DNA of 41,135 bases from Jimgerdemannia flammicorona (lineage: Eukaryota): positions 1 to 41,135 of the forward strand of contig RBNJ01000114.1 of assembly GCA_003990765.1 (NCBI GenBank), in the 5' to 3' direction. The notes under the pieces were generated by a model. That model saw nothing but the letters and a program-made list of their open reading frames with translations. It was not told where the DNA came from and did not search any database. The position numbers and the translations under genes were made by a program. Positions 10,270-20,614 of this stretch are shown here, in pieces. The stretch's first letter is position 1. The number at the start of each line of letters is the position of its first letter.

Positions 10270-10800
10270 TTACAAATCCGGCATCCTCAACACAACCTTC
10301 CCCCTATTCTTCACATGCTCCTTCAACATGCCAAACACCTCACTCCGTTCCCATTTCTCTGGCACTTCCTTCTTACCAATGGCCCAGTAATAAATATCCC
10401 AGTCCGGCTCGTCAAGCAGGGCATCGTACTCCTTGACCTGCGCATCCGTCATATTTGCCAGTCGCTCGCGCGCGAACGTGGACAGCAGCAGGTCGTTCTC
10501 GAGCATGCCGCGCTTGCGTGACTGGTACAGCAGCCGCGCGCGCGTCACCACGGGGTCCTCGTTCGGGCGGGGGATCGGCGGAAGGTTGGGATACGGGTCT
10601 GTCAGCGTCGAGTCTGGCGCATGCCGCACCGACAGTGACGGGTAAGGGTCGCGCGGGGTCGTTGGCGCCTCGTGGGTGATAGGATGGTTCGAGGTGAGTG
10701 TTGCGTGGGTGGTGGTGAAAGCGCGCAGGGGCCGAAGGAGGATGAGGGTAGGGTGCGAGAAGGATCGGGAGAGGAATGATGAGAGTATGGCACGTTGCAT
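10270..10800 (-). CDS. SDH5: Succinate dehydrogenase assembly factor 2 (flavinylation factor), mitochondrial, 176 aa
   Basis: RARLLYQSRKRGMLENDLLLSTFA...YDALLDEPDWDIYYW is the SDH5/Emi5/SDHAF2 signature. Arg/Ser-rich presequence from ATG 10800. Confidence 0.96.
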   Translation of the reverse strand: MQRAILSSFLSRSFSHPTLILLRPLRAFTTTHATLTSNHPITHEAPTTPRDPYPSLSVRHAPDSTLTDPYPNLPPIPRPNEDPVVTRARLLYQSRKRGMLENDLLLSTFARERLANMTDAQVKEYDALLDEPDWDIYYWAIGKKEVPEKWERSEVFGMLKEHVKNRGKVVLRMPDL

Positions 10801-11183
10801 GGTTTGGATTTGTCGGTATTGGTGACCAAAAACGCGGAATAAGCATGAGGTAGCCGTCACGTGAAAATGGAATGTGACACTTGCCGTGAAAAGTCCATGC
10901 CTTTGAAGAAGTGGTTGACCTCATTCAGTTTTCTACGAGTACATGGGATTAGGTAGTGAGCACGAGAAAGGGCGTTTTCGAACGTTGTCGTGGGAGGAGG
11001 AGAGCAATAGGTACTTACAGCGACTTTACTGTCAAATGGAGGTCGAGGCGATTAAAATGTGACTTAGGAGTATTATTACAATAATAACCAAGTCCCTTTT
11101 TTTAATTGCGAATCCCCCATTTATCATTTACCGTGGCTCTGAACAAACGACAGATTCCTTTCTCCTCTCCCCCGCTCGAAAAA

Positions 11184-12240
11184 ATGAACCGAAACCGAAA
11201 ATATCCTGGTCAGGTATCACATCCTGATCATGACATAATGTGAAGATCCTAGATGGTGAGTGCTATTCTCCTCTAAGAACGATTTCTTAGTGTGATGTGT
11301 TTGATAATATTGCAAAAGTCATCTTGCCTCTCGAGTCAACTTCTTCGGAGCACTTCGAACAAAATTAGTATCAAAGTATCACTGAAATATAGGTCCACCA
11401 ATTTCACATAGTCGACGGTAAGCGTTTTACACGGCGAAAAAGCAGTCACTTTCATCTGGCGGGGAGAGGTGAGATATTTGCTTTCATTATTATCAATCGA
11501 GACATTTCTTCTTTCGCTAATAAATTACCTTTCCCAAACCAGTTCGATGTTAAATATGGGCCATATATTCCAAAGGTTTGTCGAATTACATTATGACATT
11601 TATGTTAGCTGGTATCTTATCACTCGCTTAACGTTTTGACATCTTAACTTATATTAGATCATTCCCTATTTTTTTTTTTTTTTTTTTTTTTGCTGGCGGT
11701 ACGCCTCGGCGGAAACTTATTTAAATTCTTACCTCTGGTTGGCGACGTGGCAAACGAACTTGCAAAGTTCGGAGCGACAGCCGGCGAGGTTGCAAAGCAG
11801 CAAGAGAAGCTCCAAACCGCTGGTGCCAAAAGATTTTGGGAGGTGGCTGAAAAACAACTTACAGCTACCGAAAAGAAAATTGGTAAGATCGATACTTTAT
11901 CAGGGTCACCTGGAAAACCTAACCTACGGGAACTCCAAGGTAAAAAGGTTTGCATATTATTTTTGATAATACCTGGCCTCCCACAATAATTAATTCATCT
12001 GGTTATATATTCGACTTCTCATACAGCATATTTGCTGGAATTGGATTCCAAGCAATGTCTTGGTAATCTACAACGAGTATATACTTTCTGGAAAGGGTAA
12101 TGTAATGTGGGTATGCGAGACACATGCGGATAGATATCTCACAAAAGAAAGTATGCAGAAACTGCAGCAAATCATCACGAGTGATTCTGTGAAATACACA
12201 GTTGAATTCGATAGTGTGGCCAGTGAACTTACGTTAGTAT
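11184..12240 (+). pseudogene. Multi-exon fragment resembling the C-terminal (COR-tail-like) region of Roco/LRR-type proteins
   Basis: Spliced across intron 11940-12027: NLRELQAYLLELDSKQCLGNLQRV, frameshift at ~12080 (gtatata), then GKGNVMWVCETH. The LREL...GNL.RV...WVC..H pattern is recalled from such proteins. Boundaries are approximate. Confidence 0.45.
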
Positions 12241-12329
12241 TGCTTATCATTCCTTTTTCATATTTTTATACCTCTTCCTTACCGAGAACCTCCCACCACC
12301 TGCCTTGACAAACCTACAACCCTCTGAGG

Positions 12330-12721
12330 TCTCAAGTTCTACGGCGCAGCAACGCTTGCACACTCCATCCCCGCATTCCTCTGCTCGAGCCTGCCGGACA
12401 TGCTCCCGGGCAATGTTCTGGGTACGTATATACCTTTCCCCTCGCACCACATTAGCATCCTACTCGAGGCTAAATTCCGCCCTACCCGTCTTTTCAGCCG
12501 TCAGATTCATCATCCTCCACACGGTTCTCGCGATTATGTTCTTCCAAATGCGTGGTCAGGGCGTTATCACTGTCAAGTGGTCCGGTTTCTACACCGAGAA
12601 CTTCTTCTACTGGCTGCATGGATCCATGGCCGTCTTGTTCTGGGCATGGCAGCAGTCCACCGCGGGGCAGGTGAAGATGTACGCAAAGCAGCAGAAGAGG
12701 GCGAGCGAGAAGAGCAATTAA
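12330..12721 (+). CDS. 3' exons of an unidentified membrane protein (5' end not found; may be a fragment)
   Basis: LKFYGAATLAHSIPAFLCSSLPDMLPGNVL, GT-AG intron 12422-12497, then AVRFIILHTVLAIMFF...FFYWLHGSMAVLFWAWQQ...KSN*. Hydrophobic segments and coding-like codon use. Confidence 0.4.
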
Positions 12722-13231
12722 GCATCCGTGTGGTGAATTTTCGGCTTTTAATTCTTTGTGTTTGTATATACGATTACATTGGTTCTTGCTTGTAGCATGT
12801 TTTCAATGGGGTTTTTGCTATCGTCCATTCTTCAGTTGCTTACGCCATCATCGGACTCCAGTCGTTTACCTAATGTCATCCTTGACATCACGTTGAATCC
12901 GACCCGTGCCGTGGGTACGCGGGCATCCTCGTGTGATAGGTGGGATGTGGGAAGTGTTTGCACAAATAACGAATGACCAATTCGTGCATATGAAACCCAT
13001 TTCCAATCGCATATCATGCACCCGCGCAGCTTTGTCTCTTGGCTTTTGTTTTCTTCTCGCGTCAGATCATGTGGTACCGCAACGGATTGGTGTTGGCAAA
13101 CACCGACCACATCGGAATCCTATCCTCCGCTCGAACAATTAAACCCAATGAGACACGTATCCTCCGGCTTTCATCTCATCTTTGACTATTCCTGCTCCTA
13201 ATGTCTATCGTTCCTCTGATCGCCAGAGTGG

Positions 13232-13277
<46 letters not shown>
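13232..13277 (+). repeat. Poly-A tract (~46 nt)
   Basis: Direct reading. Confidence 0.9.
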
Positions 13278-13278
<1 letters not shown>

Positions 13279-13828
13279 AAAAAAAAGAACAATTCGAATG
13301 CGTCGTCGCGTGGCACAGATTATCTAGCCCCCAAACCTCGCCAATTCTTTCTGAGCTGCGCGTGTGGTGAGGCTCCGGAGGTCGCCAAACGGGATAGCAT
13401 GCACGGTTGGCGAACCAGCTTTCTCCGGCACAGCCATGACGAACGGCCTTGACCGTCGAGCCCACGGTGTCGTGATTTGTATACATATCGACGGGGAAAG
13501 CCTACCCTCCAACAGCTTCCTGGACGGATGGAGTCTCTTGTTCCCCGGGGCGCGCTTGGCGGCAAGCGCGGCCGTCCCAGGCACTGCTATTTTGGAATCA
13601 ATAAGACGGATAACGTACTGTTGAGATCCGGGTGTCTTATTATTTTTTTATTTTTATTTTTACATATGCATTGAATTTCCTTTTTACAATGTTACTTCTA
13701 ACGAAATCTATCTTCTTTTACAACATACGATTTCAATGTTTTCTTGTCGCTCTAGTTGAGATTATTTCGTGACACTATCAAGTACGATGAAATGCGCATA
13801 CAAGTCCAGAATGCAATTAAGCTGTAAT

Positions 13829-16800
13829 TCAACCTCCCGTCTCCCTCCTTTTCCTTTCCGCTCTTTTCCGCTCCCATACCTTCCTAACTTCCTCCCTAAC
13901 TCTTCCAACCCCCTCCTCCCAATTCCTTCTAGCCAGCCCCTCCAATTCGTCCACTTGCGCCTCATCATATACGAAGTTAAAAGTACTACAATACACGCTC
14001 GTCTGCGGATCAAATTTCCCCTCTGCATACCCCGGATTCGCAATCAACGGCAAATAGATCAACGTCAACGGCTTCTCTCCCATCACTTCCCCCTCGACCA
14101 CCTCCTTGGACTCAGATGGAAACACAACACATGGCCCCATTTCCTCGTCCTCCCTCCACCTGGCATCCGCAGGCCACCCCTTCACTCCCCGCCGTCGTGC
14201 ATACCCCTCTGCACGCTCAAACCACGGCACTTTTTGGATGTCGGCGGACATGTCTAGCGCGAGAATCACGTCGCAGGCGCGACCTGGACGGAGTAACGGG
14301 TGGAAAGGGATGTTGTTGTCAAGGCCGGCGTCGCAGAGGTGGAGGTGAGAGGTTGTTGGCGGTGTGCTCGGGGAAGGAGGCGTGGTCGGAGGGAGGGAGA
14401 GGAAGGGGTTGGGGAAGGAGCCGGGAGAGATTGGATGAATGGTCGAGAGGGAGCGGTCGTACTTGGGCAGGTAGGTGTGTGAGTAAATGTATGGAGGATG
14501 TGAATTACAAAAACAAAACACAGTTAAGGAATTCACTTGCCTTTCGCTGATTAGAAAACGGCACCGACCACGCCCTAATCACTCACCTCCTTCACCACCC
14601 CGTCTATCCTTTCCACAATCGCCGGCGGCAGAAGCCCTCGCATCTCCTTGTAATAATGCGCCAGCGTCGCGGCGAAAGCCGAGCCGAACAGCCTGTTCGA
14701 CACCAATAGTGATTGTGTGAGTTGGTACGAAAACAGATATTCAAAAATTATCTTGAATTTAACACTTGCAACATAACGCACCCCATCATGATCGGTAGGT
14801 CCTGTTCGGGCGTGCGGTCTACAGAACGACCTGCCTCAAAATGGCGGCCGAAGGACCAGGTTGGGATCCAGGCTAGAGATGAATAAGCGAACGCAATAAG
14901 TATGGTGGCGATATGTATGATCAAGATACAAGAAAACGTGAACGCGTCGGACTTGAGCCAAACAACAAAGCACGACGCACCATTAAATTCCTCACTCCCA
15001 ATCTCAAACGGCGTGAGCTCGAACCACTGGAAATAGCTCTCCTTCTTCCCATCCGATTCCGTCTTCATTCCCTCGGCAGCATCGTTTCCCTCTGGCATCT
15101 CATGCCTGACGCTACAATAAATCGGCAATGGGTTCTCGCCCTCCGTCACGAATCTTCTCTGTCTAGACAATTTAACTTCCTCAGGTTTCACTAACCTCAA
15201 ATACACCTTCTTCCCTTCCTTTATCACCGCCCCGCCCTCCTCCGTCAACAGGATCCCGCCCAGCGCAGCGCCCGTCAAGTCCACCAGCCCGACGGAATCG
15301 CCCACCTGCCCGTACCGGCGCAAGACACCCTGTACGAGACGCAGTTGATTCTCTTCGGACACGCTCGCGAGGTTTGTTAGGTGTGAGAAGCTTGTTGGGT
15401 TGAAAGTTAGGCGTGGGCGGAGGTGATTCAGGAGTGTGGTCGGAGAGAGCGATAAGTGGGAAGGGGATTCGGACGGTTGGGTGAGAGTGGAGTAGAGGAG
15501 AGAGAGAGTCCAGCAGGAGCCCGAAATGGCTGCGGGGAGGGTGAGAGGAGAAAGTGGGGTGAGAGGAGAAAGTGGGGTGAGAGGAGAAAGTTGGGATGAG
15601 AGGAGAAGTTGGGGTGAGATGGAAAGAAAGAATTGGGAGATTAAAAATGGTGAATCGGTGGAAGCGTACCGGCAATGTATGTGACGCAGTCTAGTACGCC
15701 TGATTCTTGCATGCCTCGGAGATATCCTGTTGAAGCAATGTATTCCGTCGCGCGCGTTGTGTCAGGTTTTTTATTTTCTTTTCATGTTGCGCATTATTTA
15801 TACTGTACAAGCAAAAACAACAACCTAACGAAATCCTCTCATGTCCCGAAAGGCCTACATACCAGAACTGGCAATCATCGCCCGGTATCCACCACCACTT
15901 TGAGGACGAAAAAGATGATGATTTGAGCGAATTCGTCCCAGTTGCAGAACTCCCTTGTAGGCATCCGGAACCCTTTTTCCTACCTCGCTGCAATTCCGAT
16001 CACGGGCAAATCTTCCTCATGCACCTCTTCCTCGTTGACGCCGATAAACTCGGCGAACCGTTTACGGATTCGATGCCGGCGCGCCGTGAGGAAGGATTGC
16101 TCCTCCGGGCAGAGGGTGGACCCGCGTCTATTATGTGTAATACGTGTGTAGTTGGGAGTATGGTGTGAACGCTTTGGGTGGCAATCATATTGCAATGCAA
16201 TGTCACCTAGATCCATCATTCCGTTACGTCCCACCGATTTGCTCACCGGACTCTGGCCTCCCACTCCACTTCCGGGTTTATCCTCGTATCCTTCGCCTCC
16301 TCTTCCACCCTCTTAACCAACCTCTTTGCCTGCTCGACGTCCACCAAATCCCACCATCGATCGATCGACTCTTTAAGCGCGGCCATCTGCTCTGGGAATT
16401 TACGCCACGCGTCCTCGAGCCTTGCTGTGGCGTCCTCGAGCCGTGCCGTGGCGTCTTCGAGACGGGCAGTGGCACCATCGAAAGGGGCAAAGTCCGGGAG
16501 TGAGAAGCGTGTCAGGTCGGGTAGCGACGGGAAGGACCATTCGGCCGGCTTGTCGAACTTGGTGGGTGGTTTCGCCGGAGCAGATTGCGCATCTTTCTTA
16601 TTGTCAGGTTCGGTAGATTGGCAGTGCGTTGTGCCCAGGCGAAGGCGAATATATGAGGCGGTGAATATGGCAGTGGTTGAGGTACCCAAGGTGACGAGGG
16701 AGAGGACAGGCGTTGGGCGGAGGATGCGGCGGCTGAAGGTTGTGTTAAAGCATTTGGCGCAGAGAAATCGGACTATTAAAATTGGGCGAGAAGGTTATTA

Positions 16801-16878
16801 TAGTGTTCTGCTAACGTACAAGGGGTTCCGAGAGAACGAAAGTATTCATTTACCTTGGTTGCGCAGGAATGCAGACAT
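13829..16878 (-). CDS. Cytosolic phospholipase A2 / lysophospholipase (PLA2_B domain) family protein, multi-exon
   Basis: Exon 1 MSAFLRNQ (16878-16854, intron 16853-16773). Motifs: EEDLPVIGIAA, GGGYRAM, spliced TYIAAISGSCW (nucleophile Ser), FQWFELTPFEIG, WIPTWSFGR and DAGLDNNIPFHPLLRPGR.CDVILALD.SAD (catalytic Asp). Basic presequence-like N-terminus. Confidence 0.92.
15536..15620. repeat. Intronic 18-bp tandem repeat (GGGGTGAGAGGAGAAAGT), ~4 imperfect copies
   Basis: Lies in the intron between the YIA and AISGSCW exons of the phospholipase gene. Confidence 0.8.
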
Positions 16879-17648
16879 GAGGGAGAATTGGTGTCGCCTT
16901 GGAGGGGTCGGTGTGGAGGCAAGCACCAAAGCCCAAACGCGAAATGGGTTTTTGTGACTGATAACTTTGTCCTACTGATGACATCATGTGTTGGGCATTT
17001 ATAGCTAAAAGTGTTTAATTTATTTATTACGCCCTCAGGATGCTCTCCCGGTGAGTGGTGATCACGACGTACCTTCCTGCACTGGCGACTACGGAGCGCA
17101 TCTTGCGGGACACCAACTCGGAACTGTTCGGCGCGCCGACCGAAACTGGCATCGACGGAAAGCTCAGTGTCCAAGCCTGTGGTCAGGTGGTGTGCGTATT
17201 CCTTAGTATATACCCAAAGAAGCGTATGAAATGTAGAATGCACTCGTTAATATAATCGCCGAGCTTTCAATTAACTCCCTTTCGCAGTTTTGGATTTCTG
17301 GGAGGAAGGAAAAGCAAGGCGTGAGGAGAAAAACAATGCTAGTAGTACATTCTACTATAATCAAAACACTTGTTGGTTGGAATGATACGTGATGATTTTC
17401 CAATTGATTAATCTGACGCGCATAGAAATAGTTGCTGAGAAACTTTGCTTTGATACTGTTGTTGAAAGCTGGTCCGATTTATTTCACTATCCATTGATTA
17501 CACTTTGTAATTACATTGCACCTGCCTATTACTTATCTGATGTATATACAAAAAGTCTTCCTCGCTGATTTCGTGGCGACATTTACTTCATTCCTATTCC
17601 TATTTACACCACCAACCCTATCGCATTCGCATTTACTTGTCACACGCC

Positions 17649-18710
17649 TCAAACACTAGAAAAGCAATTGGCCGCATGGTCATTGGAGCAGGCATCCTTG
17701 TTGGCGCAATATGCGGTATCACAATCCTCACACACGTTGCAGGCAACGTGCTTGCAATTCTCATACGCTACGTTGTGACAGCATTGGTCGCCGCTGTTGC
17801 AGATTGCATTGGAGCTTACCACGGATGGAGCGCAGGCACCGCCATAGCCGTAGGGATTTCCGTAGCCATAAGGGATTCCGCCTCGCTTCTGCTTGGTAAA
17901 GTCGCGTTTCTTGAAGCAGTCAGCACTGCCATAACCGTAGCCGATGCCACCGGAACGACATGGGAGCCTGCACTCGCCGAGACCACAGGGGAGCCCGTAC
18001 TCGCCGAGACCGCAGGGGAGCCCGCACTCGCCAAAACCGCAGGGGGACCCGCACTCGCCGAGACCGCAGGGGGACCCGCACTCGCCGAGACCGCAGGGGG
18101 ACCCGCACTCGCCGAGACCGCAGGGGGACCCGCACTCGCCGAGACCACAGGAGTGCCCACAGCCAAAGCCATGGGGGCTCTCGCACCGTTTTTCGACCTT
18201 GATAAGGGTACCGGTGTCAGCGCTACGCTTGGCCTTATTTATCACGTTGAAGCAGCTCAACTTGTTGTCCTTGCAGCACTTGTCATTGTTGGCGCAATAC
18301 GCGGTGTCGCAGTCCTTGCACACGTTGCACGCGACGTGATCGCAGTTCTCGTAGGCCACATTGTGGCAGCACTGGTCGGCATCGGTGCATGTCTTATCAC
18401 AGTTTGTTAAACACGGAGCTGCGCACGCACCAATGCCACACTCGCCACATCCGCCGTATCCGCTGTATGTACCAATGCCGCTGTACGGGTAGCCAAATGC
18501 GCCGCACGAACCCAGGCCGGCGCAGCCGTAATCAGGATAGTCGCAAGTGCCATAGCCCGCGTAGGGATATCCGCAGGCGCCGTTGAAGCCGCGCCCATCG
18601 AGGACGTGTTCATGAGTCTCGGTTGGGATAGGATTGGCGGTGCTGAGGCTGGCAAGGAGGGTCTGGGTGGCAAGGGTGAGGACAAAGAGGGTGGCGGATT
18701 GCTTGGTCAT
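17649..18710 (-). CDS. Secreted Cys/Gly/Tyr-rich repeat precursor with Kex2-type KR sites (paralog C), 353 aa, intronless
   Basis: Signal-like MTKQSATLFVLTLATQTLLASLSTANPIP. Two copies of the DQCCHNVAYENC.HVACNVC.DCDTAYCAN domain. Dibasic sites AKR, VEKR, KKR and QKR, plus a central CGLGECGSP array. Confidence 0.92.
   Translation of the reverse strand: MTKQSATLFVLTLATQTLLASLSTANPIPTETHEHVLDGRGFNGACGYPYAGYGTCDYPDYGCAGLGSCGAFGYPYSGIGTYSGYGGCGECGIGACAAPCLTNCDKTCTDADQCCHNVAYENCDHVACNVCKDCDTAYCANNDKCCKDNKLSCFNVINKAKRSADTGTLIKVEKRCESPHGFGCGHSCGLGECGSPCGLGECGSPCGLGECGSPCGLGECGSPCGFGECGLPCGLGEYGLPCGLGECRLPCRSGGIGYGYGSADCFKKRDFTKQKRGGIPYGYGNPYGYGGACAPSVVSSNAICNSGDQCCHNVAYENCKHVACNVCEDCDTAYCANKDACSNDHAANCFSSV
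17965..18160 (-). repeat. Coding 27-bp tandem repeat (CGLGECG(S/L)P, ~7 copies)
   Basis: Unit ccgcagggggacccgcactcgccgaga on the + strand. Confidence 0.92.
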
Positions 18711-20614
18711 TATTGATTTTTGGTTGAGGTGAGTGATATACGAGATAAGGTTGTCTGTAGTGTGGATGCGCTAGATTTTGTTTCGATTATAGGTGCTATT
18801 TTACTTGGTTGCTTGTTGGATGAGAGTGAACTGAGGGTAGAGAGGTGGTGTAAATGCGCTTTTTTATATGTTCACTCCGTTCAAAAATAAAATAAAATCC
18901 GCAGAGATTCTACAATTTACATATCACATCGTTCTAAAAATCAACTTGGCATATTCAAATCTGTACAGAGAGCTCTAAGTATCACGCTGGACACAGCGAG
19001 ATTGGCTGATATGACGCTGATATAGTTGTCGAGTATCATAATCCCGAAACGACATGCGTTTCCTATTCATCGCATTGCACTTGATTATCTGTAAATTTTG
19101 ATATCCTTCCTTATGATGGGAAGCAATAGACATTCCACGGTTTGAGAAGAAAGAACAAGATCGAACCCCAACGCCACATTCAGGCAGCATGCAATACAAT
19201 GAACCCCGGCGTCTGTTCCAGGCATCTGACCCGCATGAAATGCAGCCACAAGACGATCAGCCGATCAGAAAACAAACGCGCGCGCGCCCTTTTGTCAAGA
19301 CCAAGCCCCCATATCGAAAGTATCTGCTCACTCATAGTAGTATTGCATGGTGGGGGAGGAGTTCTTTGTATCTTTTCAGTTTAGAAAACATCACCACTCT
19401 GGGTGCGAAGCGTCTGGCGTCAGGCGTCTGGTGTCTGGCTTGTCTTTGAACTGTGTCAATACTCGCATACATCCATATTGTAATGTTGATTTTACCTGAT
19501 ACGTTAATCGGAAAAGTAATGTTTGATGTTGAAAGGGATCTTTCTCAGAGGGGGATCGGAAGCTGTCTTTATTCACAACCAGTCAGCAAACAATCTCGCT
19601 TCAGCTCCACTTGCGAACTCGCCTCCCCTTCTCCTCCTCCTCCCCAACACCACAAACCGCTTCCAACAGGTGTGGACAAGGGCAACCCCTCGCGGACCCC
19701 ATGATTGCCTTTATTGTGTCCACGTATTAGCGAAGCGAAGATCAAAAAAAAGAGCACGGAAACCCTCGTCGAGGGATGATTCCCGCTCTGGAAACAGATA
19801 CCTATCTGTCGGGGCACGCGAGCAGCCGTCATGTGGATCCCGTTCGAGAGGTGTCTTGATGTTACTACATCGTTTTTGTTGGGCGGCAGAGGTCCTAATG
19901 TATTTTATTCTGGATGTGATATGATGTAAACGAACGCTCTCCTGACATAAAGATCCTACGCCATTATTGAATCGTACTATTGGAGTTTACGCTTCCCTAA
20001 TGCCCAATCCCACGTCCAACATGGATCGACGAAGTATATGTCATCCTGAGATTCACTAGTCCTTAGTTTTCTCCAAATTCCACCTGCTTCATCCATCAGC
20101 GATAATAACCTAGACCAATGACCAAGTCAATCGCTCGGACTCCCCGCAGAAGAGACGTAAGCAACCCAAATGATTCTAATGCAATTTCTGTGTCGTCTCT
20201 GATCAACTTTTTACGGTTTGATTGCAGCCAGCTTTGTTCTGAGGCAATAGCGTAGCGCTGAGATACACTTCACTAGAATGAAGACTATATTTGGTGACTT
20301 CTCTCCTGGCCACCTCAAGAAACCCGCAGATCTCGTCCTATTGAAGAGTCTCGGGAGGGTCGGGGAGTACTTGTTCATTCATTTACGGTTTGGTTGTCTC
20401 CAGCCGATTCGGCTTCGTTGGATCACCTCCCTTCTCATTCCCCTGTGGCCCACACAGTTCTCGTCATCACGCGCTACGGCCGACGTTCATGGTACCCATG
20501 GCTACTGTCGCTCACTGGAGCTTGACTTCTCCCCGTACGATTCATTCCGCACCACCATGTCGCATCTCGAGAAGGTGGAGGCGTCAAGGAGAGTTTGGCT
20601 GCTGTTTTATATAC

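Noticed and set aside
13182-13486. Poly-Lys and poly-Phe ORFs, and the poly-Pro ORF at 1132..1314
   Set aside because: Translations of homopolymer tracts.
13340-13600. GC-rich stretch with hairpin CGCGCTTG-GCGG-CAAGCGCG as a possible ncRNA (SRP, RNase P/MRP, telomerase)
   Set aside because: The diagnostic conserved motifs were not found by eye. An Infernal/Rfam scan would be needed.
16405-16470. 21-bp coding repeat (ATARLED x3) in the phospholipase
   Set aside because: An ordinary heptad expansion in a variable N-terminal region.
17637-18410. 257-aa plus-strand ORF, and the similar 32..349 ORF
   Set aside because: Antisense shadows of the Cys-rich genes. The minus strand has the signal peptide, KR sites and promoter.
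19980-20614. Possible gene interrupted by the retrotransposon
   Set aside because: Some coding-like, splice-like sequence is present, but no identifiable product and no continuation after 29379.
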